Assembly (NCBI GenBank): GCA_028289285.1
Contig: JANQRF010000007.1
Span: 127,696-191,695, forward strand
DNA: 64,000 nt
Direction of reading: 5' to 3'
Source: Alphaproteobacteria bacterium
GTDB lineage: Bacteria; Pseudomonadota; Alphaproteobacteria; Micavibrionales; Micavibrionaceae
Shown one piece after another: positions 38,908 to 47,589 of this stretch (position 1 is the stretch's first letter; each line of letters opens with the position of its first letter). The notes under the pieces were generated by a model that saw only the letters and a list, made by a program, of their open reading frames with translations, had not been told where the DNA came from and did no database searches. Position numbers and translations under genes: made by a program.

Positions 38908-39687
38908 TTAGACTTTAGCGTTTAACGCGTATAAAGCAACAGCCGCAGCGTTGGAGACATTGATACTTGGCATCGGGCCATCATACATAGGCAGTTGAGC
39001 TAGTACATCACATTGCTCTTTGATCAAACGTCTTAGGCCCGGACCTTCTGCACCTAGAACAAGGATTTTTTTATCGTAATCAGGCAGGTTTGAAATATCG
39101 TTTCCGCGCTCATCCAGGCCAATGGCAAAAAAGCCCGCTTCTTGTAATGTTTCCAGCGCCCGGGTGAGATTGGTCTCACAGGCAATCGGGACATGTTCAA
39201 GCGCACCGCAGGCAGTTTTGGCGAGAACGCCTTTTGCTTCGGGCGCATGTTTTCGCTGAAGGATCATGCCTTGCACCCCGAAGGCACAGGCTGACCGCAA
39301 AATCGCCCCGACATTATGCGGGTCTGTCACCTGGTCGAGCATCACCAATGTCAATCTCTCCGCATGGCTTGCCTGAATAATAAAGTCATCGACATTTTTT
39401 TCTTCCAGCGGCTGGCATGATAGCGCAACGCCCTGATGCACCGTGCCGCGGGGCAGGGCGTTGTCCAGTTCTTCTTTGGAGATGATTGTGGGGGCCGGGC
39501 GTTTCAGATCCGGCGCCAGGTCAAAATCTTTCATCGCGTTTTCAGTAATATATAAAGCATGTACGAACCGCTGGGGATTGGTCCAGGCGGCCTGCACGGC
39601 ATGATAGCCGAACAGGTCAATCTTCAGCTTTTTGCCGCGTGGCGCCGAGCCCTGATTTTGGCGGTTTTTCTTATGCTTACGCTGCAT
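38908..39687 (-). CDS. TrmH/SpoU-family RNA 2'-O-methyltransferase (RlmB-like)
   Basis: SpoU motifs are present (DQVTDPHNVGAILRSA, VLGAEGPGLR, INVSNAAAVALY), preceded by an N-terminal basic extension. Confidence 0.85.
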   Translation of the reverse strand: MQRKHKKNRQNQGSAPRGKKLKIDLFGYHAVQAAWTNPQRFVHALYITENAMKDFDLAPDLKRPAPTIISKEELDNALPRGTVHQGVALSCQPLEEKNVDDFIIQASHAERLTLVMLDQVTDPHNVGAILRSACAFGVQGMILQRKHAPEAKGVLAKTACGALEHVPIACETNLTRALETLQEAGFFAIGLDERGNDISNLPDYDKKILVLGAEGPGLRRLIKEQCDVLAQLPMYDGPMPSINVSNAAAVALYALNAKV

Positions 39688-39764
39688 GAGGCTTGACTTT
39701 ACCTTTAAAAAACATTTAGGTACCGTCTACTGATCTCCGGTTCCTGTCAACCGGTCTCAAGCGT

Positions 39765-39849
39765 GGAGGTGTGGCAGAGCGGTCAAATGCACCTGACTGT
39801 AAATCAGGCGACTTCGTCTACGGTGGTTCGAATCCATCCACCTCCACCA
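39765..39849 (+). tRNA. tRNA-Tyr (anticodon GTA), CCA-encoded
   Basis: Acceptor stem GGAGGTG/CACCTCC, anticodon arm CCTGA-CTGTAAA-TCAGG, long variable arm, T-loop GGTTCGAATCC, and 3' ACCA. Length is 85 nt. Confidence 0.93.
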
Positions 39850-39893
39850 CTCAGTCTCAACTTTCAGACACTTAGAGAATTTTGGCCCGTGCG

Positions 39894-39914
39894 CCCCGCA
39901 GTTCGCGGGGTTTT
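39894..39914 (+). terminator. terminator after tRNA-Tyr
   Basis: CCCCGC-AGTTC-GCGGGG hairpin followed by TTTT. Confidence 0.7.
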
Positions 39915-40014
39915 GTGTATCTGGTTTATCCGGTCAACGCGGAGAATCTGATTTTTCATCCCAAAACAGCCGTTTTTCTCTACGGGCTATTTTTGAGTGT
40001 CCCAAGACCTCAAT

Positions 40015-40150
40015 TTCCCTGTTTATCAGGGAATTAACAGGGAAATTTTTTACTTTTAGGATACAAAATAAAAGAAAGGCCAGAGAATCTCTCCCTTTGC
40101 TATGACTAGCTTTAAAGATAACAGGGAATTTTACAGGGACATCAGGGTAT
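40015..40150. repeat. cluster of CAGGGAA / TTCCCTG motifs downstream of and overlapping the recombinase 3' end
   Basis: TTCCCTG (40015-21), CAGGGAATT (40027-35), ACAGGGAAATT (40037-47), ACAGGGAATT (40121-30), ACAGGGAC (40133-40) and TCAGGGTAT (40142-50). Confidence 0.6.
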
Positions 40151-41666
40151 CAAAACTACCCATAATGATTTTCTGAACACCGGCCTTGGAGAGACCTTCA
40201 CGCTCTGCAATCGCTTTCATCGACATGCCGGCAAAATGCTCATCCCGCCAGACAATCCCTCTGACCAGGTTTTTGAGTTGCTGAGGCGGCAGGTCGAGAG
40301 GATCTGGTTCCTCATTCTCAGGTGTAATCACGACTGCACCTTTATAGGCACGGCGTGTGGTGAAGGGCACATTTAAGACATAGATGTTTTCTGATTTTTT
40401 CGGAATAGTGAGGTTGAGCTCTCTTTCTAAAAACTTTCGAAGTTTTGTAGCAGAGATCTCAATATTCAGGGTGTCTTTGTCTACGGTAACTTTCTCAATG
40501 CATTTTTGAACCAGATGATCTGCAGGCGGGCAGTGATCAGTGATATATTTGACCAGCTTTTCGTTATCAATGGTGTCCAGTTTTAATATATCAATAATTT
40601 CGCCTTTGAGAGCTTTACCGATGGTCTGTTCAATTTCATGAGCTGGCAGGCGTGCCATGATACCCTTTGGATGGTCCCGGTATTGAAGCAGGTTCTGGCT
40701 GACATAGTAACGATATAATTTTGCCTTCTTTTTAGCCCCAACTGGACTGTAGGGTGTTCCATCAATGTCAAAGAGCAGACCTTTTAAAAGGTTCATTTGC
40801 AGTGTCTTTTTGTGGCTACGTACAGATCCAGTTCCATGGCCTAAAAGTTTTTGAACTTTGTCCCAGGTTTCTTGGTCAATAATGGGGTCATGCTTGCCAT
40901 CATAAAGTTTGTCTTTGTGTCTGATTTTTCCAATATAGATCGGGTTTTTAAGAATGCTGTAGAGTGCTCCACGGCTATAGGGTTTACCGCCCAGCTTACT
41001 GCCACGCCTGGAGATGCGTGTTCTGCTGACAATTCCTTGTGTATCCAGATCTTTCTTTAGTTTTGCTACACATCCAAGTGCCAGATATCTGTCAAACAGA
41101 TGCCGTGCAGCTTTAGCGCCTTCTTTGTTGATGATAAGTTTCCGGTCTTTTACTTCATATCCAATAGGCGGGTTGCCCCCCATCCACATCCCTTTCTTTT
41201 TGCTGGCGGCAAATTTGTCACGAATACGTTCGGCGGATACTTCACGTTCAAACTGTGCGAAAGATAGTAGCACATTCAACGTCAAGCGACCCATCGAAGT
41301 CGTAGTATTAAAGCTCTGCGTCACACTCACAAACGTAACTTCATGTTCATCGAAGATTTCGACCAGTTTGGCGAAATCCATCAGAGAGCGTGTTAGACGA
41401 TCAATTTTATAAACGACGACAATATCAACTTTGCCTGCTTTGATGTCGACCAGAAGTTTTTGCAGGGCCGGGCGGTCCATATTCCCACCGGAAAATCCAC
41501 CGTCGTTATATTGGGTTTTAATAGCTTTCCAGCCTTCTGCACGTTGGCTGGCAACATAGGCCTCGCAGGCCTCTCGCTGAGCATCGAGCGTGTTGAAATC
41601 TGTATCCAACCCTTCATCCGTGGATTTTCTTGTATAAATCGCGCAGTTTTTTGTTGCCTGTTTCAT
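40131..41666 (-). CDS. large serine recombinase
   Basis: An N-terminal resolvase catalytic domain (AIYTRKSTDEG...VVVYKIDRLTRS) is followed by a recombinase domain and a long C-terminal region. Length is 511 aa. Confidence 0.9.
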   Translation of the reverse strand: MKQATKNCAIYTRKSTDEGLDTDFNTLDAQREACEAYVASQRAEGWKAIKTQYNDGGFSGGNMDRPALQKLLVDIKAGKVDIVVVYKIDRLTRSLMDFAKLVEIFDEHEVTFVSVTQSFNTTTSMGRLTLNVLLSFAQFEREVSAERIRDKFAASKKKGMWMGGNPPIGYEVKDRKLIINKEGAKAARHLFDRYLALGCVAKLKKDLDTQGIVSRTRISRRGSKLGGKPYSRGALYSILKNPIYIGKIRHKDKLYDGKHDPIIDQETWDKVQKLLGHGTGSVRSHKKTLQMNLLKGLLFDIDGTPYSPVGAKKKAKLYRYYVSQNLLQYRDHPKGIMARLPAHEIEQTIGKALKGEIIDILKLDTIDNEKLVKYITDHCPPADHLVQKCIEKVTVDKDTLNIEISATKLRKFLERELNLTIPKKSENIYVLNVPFTTRRAYKGAVVITPENEEPDPLDLPPQQLKNLVRGIVWRDEHFAGMSMKAIAEREGLSKAGVQKIIMGSFDTLMSL

Positions 41667-42052
41667 GATGCTTTCTTAAGTCCAAAAAAGAGATACCCAT
41701 TCCATCGTGATCCGGTGATGTCATTAGCGATTTGAGAGAGGCTAGTGTAGAGGCAATCCTGATATTCAAAGCCATCGACCTTGACGAGCACACTATGACG
41801 CTTACCCTTCCAGTTTCTGATAAGCCGTGTACCAGGCTTTAATGAACTACAGCTTCCATCAAAACATCTCGGATTATGTTTGTATTGTTTGACCAACTGC
41901 TCAAGCCGGGCCTTTTGTTCTTGTGTCAGGTTGTTTTGTTTTTTAAAGGTCAGGCTTTTTTCCATCATGCTTCGCCCAATCCGCGCATGTGGTTCCAAAC
42001 CCCACATCTTAGCCCACATTTGACGTAGTTCGTTCAGTGATAATTCGCGCAT
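41663..42052 (-). CDS. DUF2924 domain protein (serine-recombinase partner)
   Basis: ELRQMWAKMWG... and the C-terminal GTRLIRNWKGKRHSVLVKVDGFEYQDCLYTSLSQIANDITGSRWNGYLFFGL match the DUF2924 pattern as remembered. It overlaps the recombinase start by 4 nt. Confidence 0.75.
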   Translation of the reverse strand: MRELSLNELRQMWAKMWGLEPHARIGRSMMEKSLTFKKQNNLTQEQKARLEQLVKQYKHNPRCFDGSCSSLKPGTRLIRNWKGKRHSVLVKVDGFEYQDCLYTSLSQIANDITGSRWNGYLFFGLKKAS

Positions 42053-42220
42053 TTGAACCTCCTTCTAAGGTCCATACACGCTTCCTTTCGACGAGAAGTC
42101 CAGCCCAAAGAAATGATTGGTAAGACTTTCAATTACTTGAAATCTGTAAAAACAATTATGGATTTACTTGGTCATTTATGGAATCAATCAAGGGCTGTTA
42201 ATGAATCGAGTTAAGTTCTT

Positions 42221-45200
42221 ATGTCACAAATAAAAAGAGATGAAAAACCAACTATAAAACATCTTCGAGATATTCCTTCGGAGTTGGATGCTTTTGGTGG
42301 TCATGAAAAAATAGCAGCTTCTGTTAAAGAGGTTATAGACGCGCCTTTTGAAGGTGATAAGAAATATGCAAAAAAGCCAATTGGTATAGTTGGGAGGTGG
42401 GGTAGCGGAAAATCCACAGTAATAAGGCGCCTACGAAAGCTATATCAAGAAGCTTCTGATGTTTACATTTTTGAGTTTGATGCTTGGATATATGAAAATG
42501 ATCCTATTAGACGATCTTTTTTAGAAGCTTTTGTTAAGTTTCTTAGCCAAAAAGGTGTTAGCCTAACAACTGAAGAAAAATGGGAAGATCCATTAGACAG
42601 GATTAGGCGACAAAAAGAAAAACATAAAGTAGAAAGGACACCTGTATTAACTCTAGAAGGAAGATGGTTTGCTGCGTCATTACTCTTCTTTGCAATTGGT
42701 CTAAGGCTTGCAGGACATGATAACTTTCATTCTGAAGGTGAGATTTATTTCAGTTCTTTTGTGACTATCCTGATAGCTTCTCCTTTCTTGGTTCCTATAA
42801 TATCCTGGCTTCTTCGCCGGTTTTCTAATGATGAAAAGATTAGAAAACGAGATATGTTGTCTGTTTTTGTTAACAAAACGACAGATACCGTTATCAATGA
42901 AGTAACGAAAACGCCCGATCCAACAGCAATTGAGTTCCAAAAATTATTTTCAGATATTTTAGCGGATATAGGTAAGAATAATAAAAAAGCAAAAATAATA
43001 ATCGTTATTGATAACTTAGATCGTTTGCCTGAGGACAAAGCTCAGGCCATGTGGTCTACGATGCGAAGTTTTTTTATTGGGCGTGATGGAAATCATGACC
43101 ACTTTGAAAACGTTTGGGCTGTAGTGCCTATAGATCAAGGAGCTGTCTATTATATGTATGCTGATCAGGGCCATAAAGACCCAGAAAAAAGAGCAAAAGC
43201 TTACATAGAAAAAACATTTGAAATTGTTTTCAATCTTGGCCCGCCAGTTCTTTCAGATTGGGAAGATTTTATGGTGAGTATGGGTCAAGAAGCTTTTAGT
43301 GAGCTTGTATCGGAAGATGAATGGCGGAAGGTAGCTTTATTATATGACGTTTATCTCAATGAAAAAGCTGGGGAAGAGAGAAATAGAACTCAACGCGAAG
43401 CAGTAACGCCCAGAAAGATTATAAGCTTGATTAATGCTATCGGCTCAACTTATCGCCTAAATCCTGAATTCAACATACTCGTTATTGCCTTTTATTGTAT
43501 TTTTCAAGACGAAATAGAAGAACATATAAAAAACATAACCCAAGATTTTAAGTATCCTACTGCTACAGGTATATTAGGACGTAAAGATTGGCGCCAATAT
43601 GTTGCAGCCATATATTTTAATACCGACCCAGATACCGCAATGCAGGTTTTATTAGAAGACCCGCTTGCCAATTCATTGCGCGATGGCGATGTCAAAAAAT
43701 TAGAAGAGATATTTAGCCGTCCTGGTTGCTTAACAGTTGCAGAAAAAGTCGTATACAAATATGCGCCCATTTGGGCACCGTCAGAACCCCATAGACTTTT
43801 TAACTCTGCTTTTGCATTAAAAAGCTTACAAGAAAAGGATATAAATCCGCGGAAGTCTTGTTGGAAATATCTTCGCAATGCAACTGCAGAAATAGAAATG
43901 TGGCAATCTTTTGAGCCCCGGACGCCAGAAGGCATAGAAGCTTTGCTCGAGCAAACTCCTGAAAACTCTAAAGAAAGGATTTCTAAAAATATTCTAAATA
44001 GTTTGGAAAAAGTAACCAGTGATGAAGTTTTAGTGGATGATGCTTCTTCAAAAGTGTGGCTCAAGTCTTTGGGAGTAATTGATAAACATCTTGGTACCAA
44101 ATCAGACGATATCTTAAAAAGGTTTGATGCACCAGCAAACCTTGAGTTTAGAGTAAATTGTTTTCTAAGTTTCAGCGAGGATACTCCTTTACGTATAGTG
44201 CGTGTTCTGGCTTCGGGAGCTGAGGGGCAAGATCAAAAGAATTATGAGAGAGGTGTTTCCGACACCATAGCAAAAAGAGTTCAAAACTCACCTGATCTTC
44301 TGCCAAATGTATCAATAACTGTTAAGAAACTATTAGCAGTTATAAGTGATTGGGATTTAGATCTTATCATTAATAGCCTTGATGCTTCGGTTAGAAATGA
44401 AAAAAACGTATTGGTGGCATATCAAACACTAAATTACATTTTCAGAAAAGGTGGGCCGAATTCTTCAGCTGTACAAACTAAATACACACAACTTCATAAT
44501 GAAGGTTTTGTTCCAGATATACTTCATAAGTCAGTTACCGGCTCTAAATACGATGTTGCTGCATTGTGTGTTTTAAGCACGATGAAATTCAATCCGAATT
44601 TGGGTATCCAACATCATAGAGGCACATCGAACGAGGGGATGGCTTACTATAATCAATTTTTACAGGAGCCAGAAAAAGAAGGATATAAGCAATTATTAGA
44701 GCATGTTCTCAAATATGTACGTTCTATGTTCACAGCGCCAGAGCTATTAGAATTAGCGCAGGCACACCCTAATCACCAAAAACTTGTATCCAAGATATTA
44801 ATGCACTTTTTAGAGGAAGAAGGTGCAGATATTCAAATAAGTAGTGCAAATATTATTAATAACTATGATCAATATATCCAAACACTCTCTTCCGAAGGGT
44901 ATAAAAATTTGGTTGTAGTGGTCGCTCCTAAAAGGAAAGATTTTCAAGAACACCTCAATGAAAGAGATAATTTTGAGCCACTGGAACTACATAAGTTTTT
45001 ATCAAGCCTGGGGGGTGATTTTGGTAAAGGTTACGCCGAATTTGCCTTGGAAAAGCTGAAAAAGCTTGATGAAGATCAGTGGTTTAATAGTATATCTGAG
45101 GAAAATCAAAACCTTCAAATAGCGGTATCTCTTAGAAAATCTGGTAAAAACGTTAGCTTGCCAGCTTCATTTAGAGAGGCGTTAGAAAAACATACCATTG

Positions 45201-45709
45201 AAGTTTATCTAGGATCTAAAAATCCAGCACATTTAGCTGACGAATGGCATTTGTTGCCTACTTTATTGTCGCCATCACAAGAGAACACGTTCTTTGTTAA
45301 CTTGAGAGACCGATTACTTACGCTTGATTTTCAAGCTGGTTTTCATAGGGTTTTTGAGCTATTTGGCACTAAAATTTTTGAAAAAGGAGATTTCAAAGAT
45401 AAAGCTAAAGCTGATGAAGTAGCCCGCACCATAGTCATGCCGATGATAAGCGATAGCAAAGGAGTTACCTTTTTGAATAGTAACTCGCCATATATAAAAG
45501 CAATATTACCTCATTCTAAAAAAGATACACAGGAGGCTCTAATAGAAGAAATAAATAGCAAGTTACAGGATAACTATCAGAATGATAACTTTGGCGTCTA
45601 CGAAGCGGTTGCACAAAACTTAGCTCTTAAAAAATCAATTAAGTTTGCAAATGAAATAAGAAAAAAGAAAGAGCAAGAGCAGAAAGCAAAAGATAGTACG
45701 GGAGAATAA
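42221..45709 (+). CDS. KAP-family P-loop NTPase with about 700-aa uncharacterised C-terminal extension
   Basis: Walker A IGIVGRWGSGKST (aa 54-66) is present. Two hydrophobic helices are inserted in the NTPase domain (aa about 148-165 and 177-198), the KAP hallmark. A Walker B-like IIIVIDNLDRL follows. No family was recognised for aa about 460-1162. Confidence 0.8.
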   Translation: MSQIKRDEKPTIKHLRDIPSELDAFGGHEKIAASVKEVIDAPFEGDKKYAKKPIGIVGRWGSGKSTVIRRLRKLYQEASDVYIFEFDAWIYENDPIRRSFLEAFVKFLSQKGVSLTTEEKWEDPLDRIRRQKEKHKVERTPVLTLEGRWFAASLLFFAIGLRLAGHDNFHSEGEIYFSSFVTILIASPFLVPIISWLLRRFSNDEKIRKRDMLSVFVNKTTDTVINEVTKTPDPTAIEFQKLFSDILADIGKNNKKAKIIIVIDNLDRLPEDKAQAMWSTMRSFFIGRDGNHDHFENVWAVVPIDQGAVYYMYADQGHKDPEKRAKAYIEKTFEIVFNLGPPVLSDWEDFMVSMGQEAFSELVSEDEWRKVALLYDVYLNEKAGEERNRTQREAVTPRKIISLINAIGSTYRLNPEFNILVIAFYCIFQDEIEEHIKNITQDFKYPTATGILGRKDWRQYVAAIYFNTDPDTAMQVLLEDPLANSLRDGDVKKLEEIFSRPGCLTVAEKVVYKYAPIWAPSEPHRLFNSAFALKSLQEKDINPRKSCWKYLRNATAEIEMWQSFEPRTPEGIEALLEQTPENSKERISKNILNSLEKVTSDEVLVDDASSKVWLKSLGVIDKHLGTKSDDILKRFDAPANLEFRVNCFLSFSEDTPLRIVRVLASGAEGQDQKNYERGVSDTIAKRVQNSPDLLPNVSITVKKLLAVISDWDLDLIINSLDASVRNEKNVLVAYQTLNYIFRKGGPNSSAVQTKYTQLHNEGFVPDILHKSVTGSKYDVAALCVLSTMKFNPNLGIQHHRGTSNEGMAYYNQFLQEPEKEGYKQLLEHVLKYVRSMFTAPELLELAQAHPNHQKLVSKILMHFLEEEGADIQISSANIINNYDQYIQTLSSEGYKNLVVVVAPKRKDFQEHLNERDNFEPLELHKFLSSLGGDFGKGYAEFALEKLKKLDEDQWFNSISEENQNLQIAVSLRKSGKNVSLPASFREALEKHTIEVYLGSKNPAHLADEWHLLPTLLSPSQENTFFVNLRDRLLTLDFQAGFHRVFELFGTKIFEKGDFKDKAKADEVARTIVMPMISDSKGVTFLNSNSPYIKAILPHSKKDTQEALIEEINSKLQDNYQNDNFGVYEAVAQNLALKKSIKFANEIRKKKEQEQKAKDSTGE

Positions 45710-45737
45710 ATATTTTTCGTACTCCAACGTTATCACT

Positions 45738-47213
45738 TTACCAGAGCTTTTCTTCTCTTCTGACATATCTTGTTTTATGAATATCTTTTTTCATTTTATC
45801 AGTAAAACCGATAACTATGTTGTTTTTCTCATAAGACCATTCTAAAGCCTGAGACATACTGTCAATCTGATCGTCGTGGCGGCTATTGGGGAAATGCATG
45901 ATTTCGTTTTCAAAAGTAGGTAACCAATCCGCCTTATTTGGAATATAAACTTTGCCTGTTTCAATACGCGGGGTTTGCGCAATCATTCTGGTTTGTTTTT
46001 CTTGCTTGGGAATGATCGGCATGATGTTTAGCTTTGTACGTCTCTTTAAATCCTGAATAAGGGATATGCCTGACCCTTTATCTTCAATTAAAATAATACG
46101 TGCATTATATAATGCGGCGTGACGTGGGATTTGCCTTATTAAATCTGGAAATTCTAGGCGCTCTCTAAAAACATTAACGAGATACCATCCATGCTCATAT
46201 TCATACCAAGTCGTGCAGACAGAGTAATCATGAATTTCTTCTGCTTTGCTCGCAGTGTCCCAGCTTTGAAATATCTTCTTTGGGGGCTCGTCAGGTAAGC
46301 AATCGTAGCGTTTAAACCATTTGAGCTTTATTAATCCACCGCCATAGGGAGCAGGATTTTGCTGATATTGAGAAGAAAACGTGTAACTGCCTAATATTTT
46401 ATCGCGTAACTTAACAAGCTCTGCAGCACTCTCTCGCTCTGGATGTAAAGCCTCCCCAGGATTTCGAATGATCTGGTAGGCTTTGACAAAAGCGGGAGCT
46501 ATATCGATGATTTCTCTAGATTCACACAGGGCTGGTAAATTAAGATGAACCCACTCCTCTTGATTTAAAACATGGCCAACCAAATCGTCTTCATGAAGCC
46601 GCTGCATAATAATAATGATGCAGCCGTCCTTCTTATTATTTAGACGTGAGTATAATGTATTATCAAACCAGTCATTTACATTTTTTCTGCTAACTTCAGA
46701 ATGCGCTTCTTGAGGCTTAAGAGGGTCATCAATTATTAAAAAATCACCACCGCGTCCTGTCAATGTTCCGCCAACCGAGGTTGCCAGTCGAAACCCTTTT
46801 CTGGTTGTAAGGTATTCTGACTTTGTATTTGGGCTTGTTTCCAGTTTTGTATTTGGAAACAACGCTTGATAGAAATGAGATTCTATTAGTTTTCGGCAAT
46901 CAATTGAATGTTTTGTACTTAATTCTTGAGAATAGCTAGCTTGGATGATCTTTGCATTGGGGTTTTGTCCCCAAAGCCATGCAGGAAAGGCCACAGAGGC
47001 GCAGATAGACTTCATGTAGCGAGGTGGCATTGTAATGATGAGGCGCCGAATATCTCCACGAGCGCAGGCTTCTAAATGCTGTGCAATTAAGTCAATGTGC
47101 CAGTTATGAAGATAAACTTCTCCACCGGTCACAATATCAAAACTTTTTTGTATGAAAGCACTTAGGCTTTTACGCATCAGCGCCTGAAGTATAATCTTAT
47201 TATTAAGGCTCAT
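45738..47213 (-). CDS. phage terminase large subunit-like protein
   Basis: An ATPase part (ITMPPRYMKS, FLIIDDPLKP, IMQRLHEDDL) and a C-terminal RNaseH-like nuclease part are present. Length is 491 aa. Confidence 0.7.
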   Translation of the reverse strand: MSLNNKIILQALMRKSLSAFIQKSFDIVTGGEVYLHNWHIDLIAQHLEACARGDIRRLIITMPPRYMKSICASVAFPAWLWGQNPNAKIIQASYSQELSTKHSIDCRKLIESHFYQALFPNTKLETSPNTKSEYLTTRKGFRLATSVGGTLTGRGGDFLIIDDPLKPQEAHSEVSRKNVNDWFDNTLYSRLNNKKDGCIIIIMQRLHEDDLVGHVLNQEEWVHLNLPALCESREIIDIAPAFVKAYQIIRNPGEALHPERESAAELVKLRDKILGSYTFSSQYQQNPAPYGGGLIKLKWFKRYDCLPDEPPKKIFQSWDTASKAEEIHDYSVCTTWYEYEHGWYLVNVFRERLEFPDLIRQIPRHAALYNARIILIEDKGSGISLIQDLKRRTKLNIMPIIPKQEKQTRMIAQTPRIETGKVYIPNKADWLPTFENEIMHFPNSRHDDQIDSMSQALEWSYEKNNIVIGFTDKMKKDIHKTRYVRREEKLW

Positions 47214-47589
47214 TTTCTTTTCCTTTGTCTGAGCCTAGAAATCTTTCCAAGATCTTAAAGTCGGCCTCATCATTCATGATATTTTTGTTTAGACTCTGGA
47301 GCTCTTCTTCGTTGTTACTCATTTGAAGGAGAATAGGCAGTAATGTGCGTATTGCCTTTGGGTCTTGCTTTAAGGCGTTTGAGAATAGTCCTTTAACAAT
47401 AGCTTCTATTTTGCTGAGGTTTTTTGTCTCTCCATTTTCCTGAATTAGGATCATACTCTCCATTTCTTTTTTTATAAGTGTTTTCAGGTTTCTGGATTTC
47501 TTAGGCCGGCCATTTGGATTGCCAGACTTTCCTTTTTGAAACCGATTTTTATGGGGAGGTTTTTTATACCCAATTTGGTATTTACCCAT
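47203..47589 (-). CDS. DUF5681-like protein (putative small terminase/packaging accessory)
   Basis: The N-terminal FQKGKSGNPNGRPKK motif is present. The gene sits between the methyltransferase and terminase genes and overlaps both. Confidence 0.55.
   Translation of the reverse strand: MGKYQIGYKKPPHKNRFQKGKSGNPNGRPKKSRNLKTLIKKEMESMILIQENGETKNLSKIEAIVKGLFSNALKQDPKAIRTLLPILLQMSNNEEELQSLNKNIMNDEADFKILERFLGSDKGKENEP

Noticed and set aside
39701-39764. Sigma70-like promoter (TTGACT-N17/18-TTAGGT/TAGGTA) for tRNA-Tyr
   Set aside because: The -10 match is poor and its distance to the mature 5' end is uncertain, so it is not reported as a feature.
39763-39951. 62-aa ORF overlapping tRNA-Tyr
   Set aside because: It coincides with a canonical tRNA and its terminator, so it is not coding.
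39850-40014. Direct repeat of the tRNA-Tyr 3' end as attL/attR of the island
   Set aside because: I could not find a second copy of the tRNA 3' segment near 51.1 kb or 61.5 kb by eye. The integrases are serine recombinases, which need not target tRNA genes. A computed repeat search is needed.
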